Positions 9,403 through 19,535 are shown, counted from the stretch's first letter. The stretch: DNA of 36,177 nt from a virus (IMGVR_UViG_3300048611_000076:1-36177), one strand, 5' to 3'. Program-made: numbers and translations. The notes: a model not told the origin generated them from the letters alone.

Positions 9403-10589
9403 TATTGGACCCTCCGGACTACAATTCCATTGGGCAGCGTGATTGCCTCAGCCTGGGGCGTTTGTGGTTCCTGAACTTGTCCGGGTTGCTGCACAGAGCC
9501 GCCGACCGGGCCCGTTGCCGCGAGATCAGCTAACGTGTTGCCTGGCACATTCAGGAACTGAATTGCGTTATTGATGTAGCTGGCAAGCTTTTCTTGCGCA
9601 CTCCGCTTTTCAACCAACCACGCTTTCAGCTCTTCGCCTTCGAGATTAGTCGGTAACGCAGTGTCAATCGCAAACGCAAGCTCGGACTCTGAAAGGGCGC
9701 CGAATGTGGTGTTTCCAATCACATCAAGGCCCAATCGATTTTTGAGGTTATCCAGTTTCTGTGACGCCGCACGGGTGCTCGGCAGGCGGCTCTGAATCAC
9801 ACCAGTACCGGCACCCTCATCAATTAGGCCAATAGCCTCATTGTAGTTCCCGATATTTGATTGGATGTTGCCGAGAGTCGTGAAGTACTCCTTAACTTGG
9901 CCTTGCGCGTCCTTAGCCGATTGTTCGGCGCGGGTTACGCGATCTTTAATCTCTGCCTCTGACTGCGCAACTTGCTCTGTGATGGCTTGGTCACCTGCAA
10001 TTCGCTCTCTTGCTGTTGCGGTTCCAGCCCTTGCTGTGAGTCCAAGCGCAGTAGCGGCAGCGCGCTGTCTAGCCGTTAGTTGATTCTCAGGCTTCAATTG
10101 GCCCGTAGCAGGATCAATACCGCCTTCAATGTCGCGCATCAGATCCTGACGTTCCCGCTGGCCTGCGGTAAGCTCCGACCCCCGCTCATCCGGTAGAACC
10201 GCCTGTGTTTGTCCAATCAGAGCGTCTAGGTCACGATCATTAAGGCCCACACCCTGCACCTGCGCCGGGTCAATCCCTACGGACTGCAACATTTCAGGGT
10301 CAAGGCGCTGGACGAACTCCCCTCTCTGCTGCTCAGATGGAATATCGCGCACCTGCCGGGCTATCCGGTTGATGATCCGAGCCCTCTGGACCGCCTCATC
10401 ATATTGAGCTCGGGTGACCTGCTGTTGCTGATTCTGAGCCCTTATGTCCATCAGTTGCTGGCCCTGCTCCAGATCCTGCTGGCCAGCAAGAATACTTTGG
10501 CGCGCCTGCTGCCCGGACAAAAAGCTCCCGACCAAATTGACAGGCTCATTGTTTGGGCGAATGCCCGATAAAACTGACCCATTAGCCAT
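9402..10589 (-). CDS. DNA ejection protein, P22 gp20 position
   Basis: Gln-rich coiled coil with FGALSESEL motif; synteny. Confidence 0.65.
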   Translation of the reverse strand: MANGSVLSGIRPNNEPVNLVGSFLSGQQARQSILAGQQDLEQGQQLMDIRAQNQQQQVTRAQYDEAVQRARIINRIARQVRDIPSEQQRGEFVQRLDPEMLQSVGIDPAQVQGVGLNDRDLDALIGQTQAVLPDERGSELTAGQRERQDLMRDIEGGIDPATGQLKPENQLTARQRAAATALGLTARAGTATARERIAGDQAITEQVAQSEAEIKDRVTRAEQSAKDAQGQVKEYFTTLGNIQSNIGNYNEAIGLIDEGAGTGVIQSRLPSTRAASQKLDNLKNRLGLDVIGNTTFGALSESELAFAIDTALPTNLEGEELKAWLVEKRSAQEKLASYINNAIQFLNVPGNTLADLAATGPVGGSVQQPGQVQEPQTPQAEAITLPNGIVVRRVQ

Positions 10590-10590
10590 A

Positions 10591-11586
10591 TTAGCCCCCT
10601 TGAGCCGCTATCCAGTTTTGATACGCGGGGCCGCTATATCCGGCCTGCGTTGCTCCTGGATTGCTCTGGCCGAAGCCCGAAAAATTGAATTGCCCACCTA
10701 GCCCACCATACGCTGATAGTCCGGCTTGCAGCCCCTGAACAACTGGCGGCGTCTGTTGGGCCCGGAAAGCATCGTATCCCGCCAATGCGGCGCCCCGGTT
10801 TTGCTCAAGGCCGGCTAGAGTTGTCCCCTGCTGGATCAAGGTGTTGGCCTGGCTGGTCCCTAGGTCTCTCTGAAGCTGCGCCACCTGCTGAGCCTCATCC
10901 AGGGAGAGGCCGGCCAGTGACTGAGAAAGGCCTCCGCGAAGCCCTGACCTCTGCTGTCCAAGCTGTGCTTGCAGATTGGCAATATTGGTTGTGGCAGCGT
11001 CCCCGCGACCGGCGATCTGCCCAAGTCTGGCAAATTGGTTTTGGAAGTCTTGGGCGGCAAACCCGGCTGCCTGCTCCTGGAGGGCGGAAAGAACCTGGCC
11101 GGATTGCCCAAGACCACCACCGAGCGCAGCTTGATTGCGTAAAAGGGCCTGCTCTTGCCGACCTTGGAGAAAGTCTTGTCCGGGAGAAGACTGGAAGTCA
11201 CTAATAGCCTGCTGCTGAGCTTGAGGCCCAAGCGCGCCGGATAGCGCAGCCTGCAATTGTGATGCGCCGGCACCTTGCTGGGCGGTGGGGGATAGAGTTT
11301 GCTGAGCTTGTTCAAACCCTGTGGTTAACTCAGCGAGAGTGGGGTCCAGGCCGCCTAAAAGAGCCTGGCGCGCCTGTTCGGTGCCGCCGGTAATACTTTC
11401 CTGCGCGCCTCCAAAACCTTCTTGAAGGCCAGTGAGGCCACGTTCAACATTTTGCTGAACCAGATCCTGTGCCGCCTCTGCGGATTCAGCTTGCCGTCTA
11501 GAGGCTTTCTTCGCCGCATCTCGCTGCTTCTTGCCGGTATATGCTGCTGTCCCTGCGGCTACGACGGCGCCTGTGACTGCTGCCAT
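10591..11586 (-). CDS. DNA ejection protein, P22 gp7-like
   Basis: Hydrophobic Ala/Gly N-terminus followed by KKQRDAAKKASRRQ; FQSSPGQDF...ALGGGL motif; synteny. Confidence 0.75.
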   Translation of the reverse strand: MAAVTGAVVAAGTAAYTGKKQRDAAKKASRRQAESAEAAQDLVQQNVERGLTGLQEGFGGAQESITGGTEQARQALLGGLDPTLAELTTGFEQAQQTLSPTAQQGAGASQLQAALSGALGPQAQQQAISDFQSSPGQDFLQGRQEQALLRNQAALGGGLGQSGQVLSALQEQAAGFAAQDFQNQFARLGQIAGRGDAATTNIANLQAQLGQQRSGLRGGLSQSLAGLSLDEAQQVAQLQRDLGTSQANTLIQQGTTLAGLEQNRGAALAGYDAFRAQQTPPVVQGLQAGLSAYGGLGGQFNFSGFGQSNPGATQAGYSGPAYQNWIAAQGG

Positions 11587-12026
11587 GAGAGTACCTTGGT
11601 GTAGGTCGTTTCCGAGTGGGTATAACCCATTTTCTCGTACAAACGATTGACATAATCAGGCATCGAAGACTGCATGGAGGCCATGTTCCAGTATTTGATG
11701 CCCTGCTCTTTTGCCAATTGCTCCATAAACTGAAGCAACGCTACACCATTTTTACCCCCTCGGTGATCGGGGGAGAGATACCAAGCCAGCTCGGTACCAC
11801 ATTTTGCCTGGGTTGAGGCCAAGAGGAAAGACGAAACGCCAGCGGCGAACCCCTCTACTGAACCATCGACCTCAAGGACAGCTAGCAATCCATGCTCGCG
11901 CGCCATTTCGACCATCTTGAGCGTGTGCTCTTCCTCGAATGGCTCCTCAAACATCGTGTGTTTCCAGAATTCTCGGGAAAGCTCCACGATGCTATCAAAA
12001 TCAGATTCAAATGCCTTTCGGATCAT
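11559..12026 (-). CDS. GNAT-family acetyltransferase
   Basis: MIRKA..SD start, WYLSPDHRGGKNGVALL acetyl-CoA motif A, RLYEKMGY. Start 12026 is supported by an ATGA overlap. Confidence 0.85.
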   Translation of the reverse strand: MIRKAFESDFDSIVELSREFWKHTMFEEPFEEEHTLKMVEMAREHGLLAVLEVDGSVEGFAAGVSSFLLASTQAKCGTELAWYLSPDHRGGKNGVALLQFMEQLAKEQGIKYWNMASMQSSMPDYVNRLYEKMGYTHSETTYTKVLSWQQSQAPS

Positions 12027-12580
12027 GAGAAAAACGCTGTTAGTACGGTTCTTGCGTTGCTCCCTTGTCCATACCCGCCAACCGGCATGGCGCAATGGAA
12101 GATCCCCGCATCAAAAATCGCGGCCCGATTGGACTTTGAGTGAATCATGGATGAAACAACCCATTTGTCCAAGTCATTCTGATCCTTGACCACCAAATCC
12201 ACAAACTCTTGTGATTCCGGTTGGTACATTATACCGGATTCCTTGTGGCGCAGGAATGCCGTCCCTGAACCCTCCTGATCGTCCAAGTACAGCATCAGGC
12301 TGTAACGACCCATAACCGCGTCATGGTGGGCCACATGAGGCACGTTAACACCCTCGGGGCTGCGGCGCATGAACATGGCGTGAATCTCTGGGGATTGGCC
12401 CATGTACTCAGACAGGCCTAGGCGCACATCATCCCAGATGGCCCGGGGGATATCCCGGCAGATCAATGGGTAGACAACTCCATCAGCCGGATTAACCTCA
12501 TCTTTGAATTCAGCATGTTTCGCATATTGCGCCAGGTCATGGTACTGGTTGAGGAAATCGTCATGCTGAATAATGATCAT
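12023..12580 (-). CDS. 2-oxoglutarate/Fe(II)-dependent oxygenase
   Basis: HxD (AHHD), SLMLYL...GSGTAF, NRAAIFDAGIFHCA (distal His), terminal R-TVLTAFF strand. Start 12580 is supported by an ATGA overlap. Confidence 0.8.
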   Translation of the reverse strand: MIIIQHDDFLNQYHDLAQYAKHAEFKDEVNPADGVVYPLICRDIPRAIWDDVRLGLSEYMGQSPEIHAMFMRRSPEGVNVPHVAHHDAVMGRYSLMLYLDDQEGSGTAFLRHKESGIMYQPESQEFVDLVVKDQNDLDKWVVSSMIHSKSNRAAIFDAGIFHCAMPVGGYGQGSNARTVLTAFFS

Positions 12581-12837
12581 CCAATCGCCTGCCATCCGGT
12601 ATTACCGGTCGCTGTTGTCTTCAGATACAGGGTAGCGCCCACCGGGTACGCGGTATCAATGTACTGTCGGTGGAGAGCGGCTTCTACAGCGCCCTCTGGG
12701 CTTCCCGTCCCCTCCAGTGGAGTCAGGCTATTAATTCTGATCGTAATGGCCCTGATCCAGCCGAAGAACCGGTTCTCGCCCGTTCCCACCCTATCTACTA
12801 GGGGCAACTGATCATGTGGGGGTAGTATCTCGTCCAT
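12577..12837 (-). CDS. Small tail protein at the gp26 (tail needle/plug) position
   Basis: GTGSPEGAVEA...Y.D......LYLKTTATGNTGW fibre-type motif. TAATG overlap with gp10. Confidence 0.6.
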   Translation of the reverse strand: MDEILPPHDQLPLVDRVGTGENRFFGWIRAITIRINSLTPLEGTGSPEGAVEAALHRQYIDTAYPVGATLYLKTTATGNTGWQAIG

Positions 12838-14261
12838 TATCCAGTGATCGCCATAATTTTGTTTACAGCGCAAGGGTTGGGGCCGGTATACGTCAGCTCC
12901 AGAACCCGAGTATTGGAGAATGAGCCAAGGCGATCAAATACTACTCGGCGCCCATACTCTCCAGTATTCCCCATGCTGCGCAAAAGCTGGTTGCTCCAAT
13001 TATATCCCCCGTCATCGGACCAGCGAAGCCCCATCAAGTCACCATCACCATTTCCGGTGTCCGTGTAAACCTCGATACCTTTAGCGCGTACTCGGTTGCC
13101 GCCATCGAAATATGGCTGCGTTACCAGGGTGCGAATCATGCTGTTGTCGTATTCGGTCATCAAGTCATCATCGATTCGACCAATACGCCCATCTACCGCA
13201 TCACCAACAAAGATTTTGTTGTATGCCTGCACGATTGAATTTACGCGCCACCGGAAATCCTCCTCTCCTATTCTTGATTCTCGCTCATGCCAGCGGCCCA
13301 CCGACAAGTCATAGCCTAAGCATCGATCACCAACCGTATACATCACGAATTCGGCCCCGTTCTGGGATAGCATGGTCATAAATGACTCCGCTATCTGGTC
13401 GGGGTTCTGATTCTGCAACAGGAAATCAACCGGATCGATAGATATGCGATTCATGCTCCCAGAAAATAGCCAGATAGAGTTTTCGGCATTTTCCCCACTC
13501 CCCGCAAACGCGAATGAACTGCGGAATACGGTTTTAGCGTGGACCGATGCCAAGCCAATATCTAGGACAGCATTAGGTATCGGCTGGAAGTTGAAGTTGA
13601 GGCCGCCTACAGGATCGAATGGCACTGTCAGGGAATCGCCCATGATGTACAGCTGGTTGCGAAATACCATCAAGCCAACAACAACCGGAACCTGTGTGAC
13701 AGTGGTAAAGTCCAGCGCGTTATATGATTGGCCGTCATTTATAGCGGATTGGAACACCTTATTGGTGTCGGTCTTGCAGAACACGAAAAAGCTGTTGATC
13801 TGCACCACATCATCAACAGGGCCGTCGAAGTCAGGGTCTGTTATCTCAACCAGAGCGGGGTCGCCATCGACATAAGTATAGGCGGCTACACCCGGAACAA
13901 CGATAGCCAGCTCTTGACCTGTTGCCGCCATTCGAACTCTACCAGTCCCGGCTATCTCCCCGAGGTCATCAACAGTAAACGACTCTTCCAAGTCGGGGCC
14001 AACTTCGCGATTCAGACGGAAAAGGCGAGTTCCGTTAACGAAATAGGGGCGGCGGTTCATCAGGAATGCTCCGCGATTAATACCCCCAGCCGTGGCCACT
14101 TGCTCAACCCCCGCAGTGGGATACAGGTTCTCATCGCTTAGGGCCGGCGACTCCACAACATTAGGATACCAGTTAATGCAGCGCTGGCTAGATAGAGCCT
14201 TTGACCTGGATTCGTAGAACCCATTGGTGAACGGTAGTTCGGTTCTTCCTAGCAGGGACAT
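12837..14261 (-). CDS. Tail hub / packaged-DNA stabilisation protein (P22 gp10-like)
   Basis: SQRCINWYP, LYPTAG, LRWSDDGGYNWS...MGNTGEYGRRVVFDRLGSF motifs. Confidence 0.9.
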   Translation of the reverse strand: MSLLGRTELPFTNGFYESRSKALSSQRCINWYPNVVESPALSDENLYPTAGVEQVATAGGINRGAFLMNRRPYFVNGTRLFRLNREVGPDLEESFTVDDLGEIAGTGRVRMAATGQELAIVVPGVAAYTYVDGDPALVEITDPDFDGPVDDVVQINSFFVFCKTDTNKVFQSAINDGQSYNALDFTTVTQVPVVVGLMVFRNQLYIMGDSLTVPFDPVGGLNFNFQPIPNAVLDIGLASVHAKTVFRSSFAFAGSGENAENSIWLFSGSMNRISIDPVDFLLQNQNPDQIAESFMTMLSQNGAEFVMYTVGDRCLGYDLSVGRWHERESRIGEEDFRWRVNSIVQAYNKIFVGDAVDGRIGRIDDDLMTEYDNSMIRTLVTQPYFDGGNRVRAKGIEVYTDTGNGDGDLMGLRWSDDGGYNWSNQLLRSMGNTGEYGRRVVFDRLGSFSNTRVLELTYTGPNPCAVNKIMAITG

Positions 14262-14755
14262 GAGCCGTCACCAGAGTCTTGTGGAAGAATGGTTTTCCCC
14301 TCCTCTGTAAGGATGTCTTGTCCATCCTCTTTTTCGATCACCTCGTTTTTTCCCGGGTAGAAATAGATATTTGTGTCGGTTTGCTGATTCCCAGCGCCAA
14401 CGGGAAGTCTGGACGGATAACAGGATGGATCAACCTCAACAGTCTGCAACAGCATGTTCGAGTAAGCTGTATCGCGATCTTCCATGATGCTCGGAAGCAT
14501 CGAAGTTCCACCGAACTGCGGGGACAACCTGACAGCCAAGGCCTTGACCATCCACTCATCGCAGAATGGCGGGACGGTAATCTCGTCCGAGGCGTCATTG
14601 ACGACGGTGAACCCCAGATTCAAATAATCAACCGAGGTCATCATTCGGTTGGTGTATCGAATCCCGGTCTGAATTTGGTCAGGAGTTATCGGCTGTTCAG
14701 CAGCCTGCACACCAAGCTCCTGGAGAGAGTCACGAACCAAGTCTTCAACTTTCAT
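14249..14755 (-). CDS. Head-tail adaptor (P22 gp4-like)
   Basis: DLVRDSLQELGV, LAVRLSPQFG, YPSRLPVGAGN motifs; synteny. Confidence 0.85.
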   Translation of the reverse strand: MKVEDLVRDSLQELGVQAAEQPITPDQIQTGIRYTNRMMTSVDYLNLGFTVVNDASDEITVPPFCDEWMVKALAVRLSPQFGGTSMLPSIMEDRDTAYSNMLLQTVEVDPSCYPSRLPVGAGNQQTDTNIYFYPGKNEVIEKEDGQDILTEEGKTILPQDSGDGSCPC

Positions 14756-15077
14756 TGCGGTACTCTTCTAGAGCCTTAAATGCTTTTTCCTTGACGGTAT
14801 CTAGGGTGCCGCGCTTGTCGATATCCACACCGATTGTGGACAGAATCAGAGACTCGACTTCGTTCTTATCGACGCATTCATGAATTGCTGTCTCGACATC
14901 AACCTGTTGCGGCTCATCATCCTGAGATTCGGATTTCTCGACAGGATCACTTTCACCACCATGAAGATCATCAACAGAGCGCACAAACCCCAACGCCTTA
15001 AGTTTTTGATCTTGATCTTTGTGCGAGACAACCTGAACATAATCGCCCCTTGTCCCGTGGAAATAAGAGATATGCAT
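14745..15077 (-). CDS. Hypothetical protein downstream of the coat gene
   Basis: GGAGG RBS; C-terminal GVDIDKR..LD motif. Confidence 0.7.
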   Translation of the reverse strand: MHISYFHGTRGDYVQVVSHKDQDQKLKALGFVRSVDDLHGGESDPVEKSESQDDEPQQVDVETAIHECVDKNEVESLILSTIGVDIDKRGTLDTVKEKAFKALEEYRNES

Positions 15078-15086
15078 ATGACCTCC

Positions 15087-15155
15087 TTAATTGTCAGTCA
15101 TCGATTTGAGAAGCCACATAAGGGGTTGGCCAAGGTGGTCGCGTGGAATGGACAT
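15087..15155 (-). CDS. Possible 22-aa mini-protein MSIPRDHLGQPLMWLLKSMTDN
   Basis: AAGAGGG RBS. Its stop abuts the RBS of the next gene. Confidence 0.35.
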   Translation of the reverse strand: MSIPRDHLGQPLMWLLKSMTDN

Positions 15156-15174
15156 TGTTCGTCCCTCTTAAGAG

Positions 15175-15195
15175 AAAACGGCCCCGAAGGGCCGT
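15175..15195 (-). terminator. Terminator after the coat gene
   Basis: On the minus strand ACGGCCC-TTCG-GGGCCGT-TTT (UUCG tetraloop). Confidence 0.8.
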
Positions 15196-15200
15196 CAGGT

Positions 15201-16493
15201 TTATGCAACGCCGAAGCCATGGCCCGCAAAGAGCGGGTTGAAGCAGGCGAAGGCCGGTAGCGCGTCGAAGCGAACAATGTTTTTGTTCACATCACCGTCA
15301 GCGTAGCGGCTGATACGGATCGATACACCATTCTGCATGGTCATCACAGTATCAGTGCTGTACAGCTTGGGCAACTTCACGAATCCCAGACCAAACGCTG
15401 CTTTATGGTAGAACAGGTTGGGTTGATACTCGGTATCGGCAGCGCCCAAAATCTCGAAGGCGTCACCAGCGGTGATTGGGCTTGAGATGTTGTTGTACTG
15501 GCCAGTAGCACCCTCGTTGATAGCGGCAGGGGCAACCGTCACAGTCACATCTCCAGACCCATCAGTGCCGCCACCAGTTACAACGGTAGCACGCCACTTG
15601 ATCGGAAGTCCGTCAGCGCCCATTACGGTGCGGCGGGTCTTCAGGTTGATATAGTTGCGGTTGTTATCTGTGAACTCGATAACGTCACCCGGGCGCAGAG
15701 CTTCAGCGGTTGAAACAGTCAGGCCAGTAAGTACGATGGTCTGCTGATAGGTGTCTTTGGCCGCGACATAAGTCGCAGTAGGAGTCGCAGACACTGTGCC
15801 AGTTTCCCCAGCCAGAGCGCCGGCAGTGTATGAACTGAGCGAATTGGATGAGAGCGCCCGCAGCCCACCAAACCGGCTGCTAATCTGGGCCCGATTCCAC
15901 GCCATGTTGACCAGATTGTTATCACCAGACGCCAAGCCGGATTGAGTATCCGCCAGGTTGGTCTGCGAAAACGGGTTCATGGTGTAGAACCGGTCGCCAT
16001 TCGGGACCCCCAGGGAGTTCAGGAGTGCGCCAGCGCCGGCCACATCTGACCATGCATCAACGGGAGTGCCGGGGTCTCCGAAGGTAAGCCCGGACTGTTC
16101 GATCATGAACGTCCCCAGGTCAGTCTCGATATCCGCCGCCAATTGCTCTGCGATGGGGTTGAGAGCTGCCTCAAGTTCGTTCAGGCGCAGGGCCTCTTCG
16201 ATAATCGCGAATTCAACGTCAACGGTGTAAAACTCCTGCACCTCACCGAAGGAGCTGCCGAAGATCAGGTCGTTGCGCGGACCGCCGGAGATATCGCCGT
16301 CAGTGGTCTTTTTGGACCGGTATTGCATCGGGCGCTTGAACTTTACTGTTTCGCCAAAGTCGGGAGTGCCGAGACCGGAACCCGGAAGGGTCTGGGTGTC
16401 GACGGTATTCATTAGCACCACGGAAGATTCGAAGCCAGGCTTAAAGCCCCTCGCGACCTTCAGCGTGATGTTGCTGTCTGTGTTGTTAGCCAT
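15201..16493 (-). CDS. Major capsid protein (P22 gp5 coat family)
   Basis: 430 aa; MANN start, GETVKFKRP, NLFYHKAAFGL...LP, VSIRI, RFDALPAF...NP. Confidence 0.92.
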   Translation of the reverse strand: MANNTDSNITLKVARGFKPGFESSVVLMNTVDTQTLPGSGLGTPDFGETVKFKRPMQYRSKKTTDGDISGGPRNDLIFGSSFGEVQEFYTVDVEFAIIEEALRLNELEAALNPIAEQLAADIETDLGTFMIEQSGLTFGDPGTPVDAWSDVAGAGALLNSLGVPNGDRFYTMNPFSQTNLADTQSGLASGDNNLVNMAWNRAQISSRFGGLRALSSNSLSSYTAGALAGETGTVSATPTATYVAAKDTYQQTIVLTGLTVSTAEALRPGDVIEFTDNNRNYINLKTRRTVMGADGLPIKWRATVVTGGGTDGSGDVTVTVAPAAINEGATGQYNNISSPITAGDAFEILGAADTEYQPNLFYHKAAFGLGFVKLPKLYSTDTVMTMQNGVSIRISRYADGDVNKNIVRFDALPAFACFNPLFAGHGFGVA

Positions 16494-16505
16494 TTAAGCC
16501 ACCTT

Positions 16506-17327
16506 TCATTCGTATAAGGTGCCGTCTTCCGCTTTGCCCGAGGATCTAGTTCCCCGAACTGTCGTCGGCGGGGGCGGCAAATCTGATTTGGGTTTTTTCG
16601 CTGTCTTCAGCTTTCCGCGTAGACGCTCGATGGCTTGCCCTGCTCGGTAGGGGCTCTCTTTCGAAGCCTCTAGAAGGGCGCTAAGGTCGGATACGTTTTC
16701 GTGGAGATAGACGGTCAAAGCCGGGCCATCTTCATCCATCAGGATCGTATCGCGCAGATCCTCGCTCATGAATTGCTCGATTGCATTGCCGGCATCAGCC
16801 AAGGCTTCCTTAGCGATTCCGATCTTATCGGCGCGCTCCACATAGGTGGTAACACGCTGCTGTAGCGCCTGCATCTTCTGCGCTTCAGACTGCTTCTTCT
16901 GCTGCTCGCCCTGGTAGCTCCGGCGTTCGTCTTCCCGGACGTAGTCCACATACGCCCTCTGTTGGCGCTTGAACTCCTCCGGGTTGTCGATAGCCAGGTC
17001 AGGGTCTGGCGCAGATAACTCCTGTAGAGGTGTTTGTTGCTGGGACTCGCTCTGCTTTTGCTTGCTCTGCAATTCGTCAATTTGACGTTGCAGGGCCAAA
17101 GCCTTGCGCTCCGCTTCTGTCGCTTTTCGCGTCAGGTGGCCGAACCGAGCTATTACCTTCGGATCGTCGGTCTCAACGTAGTCATTACCCGAATCATCTC
17201 CACCAGAATCCTTTTCCGCCTGGACAGTCTCTTGCCGCTCACCAGCTTCAACTGTCTCAGTTACCTGTTGATCCTCAACTTCTACATCTGCGGAATATTC
17301 AGTGGTATCGATTGCTTGGTCGCTCAT
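16506..17327 (-). CDS. Scaffolding protein
   Basis: Acidic N-terminus, coiled coil, GPALTVYLHEN motif, Pro-rich tail. Lies between portal and coat. GAGG RBS favours MSDQ start. Confidence 0.8.
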   Translation of the reverse strand: MSDQAIDTTEYSADVEVEDQQVTETVEAGERQETVQAEKDSGGDDSGNDYVETDDPKVIARFGHLTRKATEAERKALALQRQIDELQSKQKQSESQQQTPLQELSAPDPDLAIDNPEEFKRQQRAYVDYVREDERRSYQGEQQKKQSEAQKMQALQQRVTTYVERADKIGIAKEALADAGNAIEQFMSEDLRDTILMDEDGPALTVYLHENVSDLSALLEASKESPYRAGQAIERLRGKLKTAKKPKSDLPPPPTTVRGTRSSGKAEDGTLYE

Positions 17328-17380
17328 ATTGCCTAACCTCAATGGTCGCTGGTTAATTGTTGCTCATAATGAAATAAACG

Positions 17381-19531
17381 TCAACTTCTCTGTAAATCAT
17401 CTTGCGTTTGTGCTATTGCCTCAGCCTGCTGGCCATATGCCTGGGCAGCACTGGGGCTTACTACAGCATCGGCGCCCATGCTTTCCCGCAGGGTATTAAG
17501 GGTCTCAGCCATGGTTTTTAGCATGTTGACCGTCTGCTCTTGCGCCTGCATAACGGCGCCAAATTCCTCCTGTGACCTCTTGAGGTCGATCTCTCGTTCT
17601 TGTTGCTGAATCTTCAGCTGCTGCATGGCCTGGTCAAAGTCCATCTTTTGCTGACTTTGCTGTAGCTTGATCAGCTCTGACTGAGACCGGATCTCCTCTC
17701 GGGTTTGCTGAGCCTCTGCTTTGCCCATCTCCGCCTCGGCTATAATCGCAGCCGGATCTGGTGGCGGCGGCTGCTGTGCCGCCATCTCAGCTTGCTCGCG
17801 CTCCTCATCGGTCCACTGAGATTCTGGGATCTCGCCCATCTTCATCAGCCTGGATCGGGCCCTGTCGGCCAAAATATCCATTCCTGGAGTGTCGATATTG
17901 CGCAGTAGCACATCCTGACCGGACTGGACAATCGCCGGATCAACAGCCCCTAGCTCAATGATTTTATCGGCGCTCTGCTCTTGTTTGTTGGCATAGGATG
18001 GGCCAATGGCGCAGACAACAGAATATGAGCCCTTGCTCAAATCGTTGATTGTGTATACACCCTGCTCCTCGTCGAGCTTCTGCTCATAGAGCGTGACTTC
18101 TTCAAACTCGCCGTCTTCGCGCAATATTTGTACAACAGTGCGGTCTGTGTATAGCTTGGGGTAGACATTGGATAAGATCTTGCCGGTATATATCATGGCC
18201 CGCTCAAGGGCTTTGAAATACTCGATCTGGCCTATGTCGCCCTTGTGCTGAACTCTCTCTATAGCCACGCCAGACCGGTCTTGCGGGCTCCTGGCCATGC
18301 TGTCCTCAAACATGTTGGAGCTGGCCTGTATGGCCTGCGCAGTCATGCCGATCAGCTCGGATACAGCGGGGTTTGGTCCGGCGCGCCCGACTTGATAGGG
18401 CGGATTCTGCCCCTCTACCTGGTTGTAAAACTGCACCGGTGAGTTGCTGACATTCATATCTCGTAAGGTTTTCTCGTGGCCGGCAGCCTGCTCCTTGGTC
18501 ATAAATGTCTTAGGCTTCGGTGACAGGGCCACATCCTCAACCGCAGTCGAAACCGCGTAATTGTGTACCCGTTGCTCATCCATCAACCATTCAATAGCGC
18601 CGCAGGTGATGACCTTGTTATCAACAATCTCGAAATTCGGATAGATCGGCACGATGGGCAGACAATCAAAGACAGTCTTCTCTGGCTCAGTCAGCCAATC
18701 AGAGCCATCATAGAATCGTGTGCAGATTTCATAGGTGGTGCGCTCCCGACTCTTCCATCGGTCATCATCAAGCGGAACCTTGAGGCGCTGTGCCTCTTTC
18801 TCAGCGTCCTCCAGGCCTAGAATGTCTCCTTCGGGAGATAGGTACAGGGTCTTGGTGACTGGCTGCTTGTAGATCAGCTCTGATATCAGGATGCCTTCGC
18901 GCTTGTAGTAGTACTCGTCATAGGACCGATCTTGCCCAAGGGCCATAGGTGACCGGTCTTCGCCAAATCGCTCTTTGAACTCATCCAGGCTTACCAGATG
19001 GTCGAGCGTCCAGGCGTCGGCGTCTTCTGCGGTCGGCTGCTGGAAGTAGCCGATAGGCCATAGCCGGTCAATCACATTGTGAATGGGCCGGATGAAAATG
19101 TCTTGCTCGAATGAATCTACATCCAGCCAATCCTGTTCCACTCTCCAGGCCGCGAAACCAACGGCTATCGACTTTTTCGCGCATTGCTCGAAGACATCCT
19201 CTCCGTTTGAGATGTTCTGAGTCTTGCGCGCCAGGCCGTCCATGACTTCGGCGGTATCTTTATCGGCGCCTCCACCCATCGGCTTAAACCGGATGGCGAA
19301 CTCGTTGTCGGCTATCTCTCCCCATATCTGGTTTAGGATTGGCTTGGTGCGGTCGAATGTGTATCGAGGGCGTCCGAACGTGCCGAACCTATCCCAGATG
19401 GATTGCTCCCACTGGCCCGCCTTATTGGTGACGAACGAGTTCACCTCACGCATTATTTCGCGGCGGTCGTGGTCGACCTCTTGCGAGTCTGAGCGGGCCT
19501 GAACTACCGCTTTGTGGTCTTCAAAATCCAT
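17381..19531 (-). CDS. Portal protein (P22 gp1-like)
   Basis: 716 aa; GQWEQ, GRPRYTFD, SGVAI, DLSKGSYSVV..GPSY, Gln-rich C-terminal barrel helix. Confidence 0.92.
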   Translation of the reverse strand: MDFEDHKAVVQARSDSQEVDHDRREIMREVNSFVTNKAGQWEQSIWDRFGTFGRPRYTFDRTKPILNQIWGEIADNEFAIRFKPMGGGADKDTAEVMDGLARKTQNISNGEDVFEQCAKKSIAVGFAAWRVEQDWLDVDSFEQDIFIRPIHNVIDRLWPIGYFQQPTAEDADAWTLDHLVSLDEFKERFGEDRSPMALGQDRSYDEYYYKREGILISELIYKQPVTKTLYLSPEGDILGLEDAEKEAQRLKVPLDDDRWKSRERTTYEICTRFYDGSDWLTEPEKTVFDCLPIVPIYPNFEIVDNKVITCGAIEWLMDEQRVHNYAVSTAVEDVALSPKPKTFMTKEQAAGHEKTLRDMNVSNSPVQFYNQVEGQNPPYQVGRAGPNPAVSELIGMTAQAIQASSNMFEDSMARSPQDRSGVAIERVQHKGDIGQIEYFKALERAMIYTGKILSNVYPKLYTDRTVVQILREDGEFEEVTLYEQKLDEEQGVYTINDLSKGSYSVVCAIGPSYANKQEQSADKIIELGAVDPAIVQSGQDVLLRNIDTPGMDILADRARSRLMKMGEIPESQWTDEEREQAEMAAQQPPPPDPAAIIAEAEMGKAEAQQTREEIRSQSELIKLQQSQQKMDFDQAMQQLKIQQQEREIDLKRSQEEFGAVMQAQEQTVNMLKTMAETLNTLRESMGADAVVSPSAAQAYGQQAEAIAQTQDDLQRS

Positions 19532-19535
19532 CGCT

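Noticed and set aside
7507-11315. Long + strand ORFs opposite the ejection genes (for example 7808-8311 and 8381-8878)
   Set aside because: Ser/Ala/Arg-rich antisense shadows of GC-rich coding sequence, with no RBS or promoter support.
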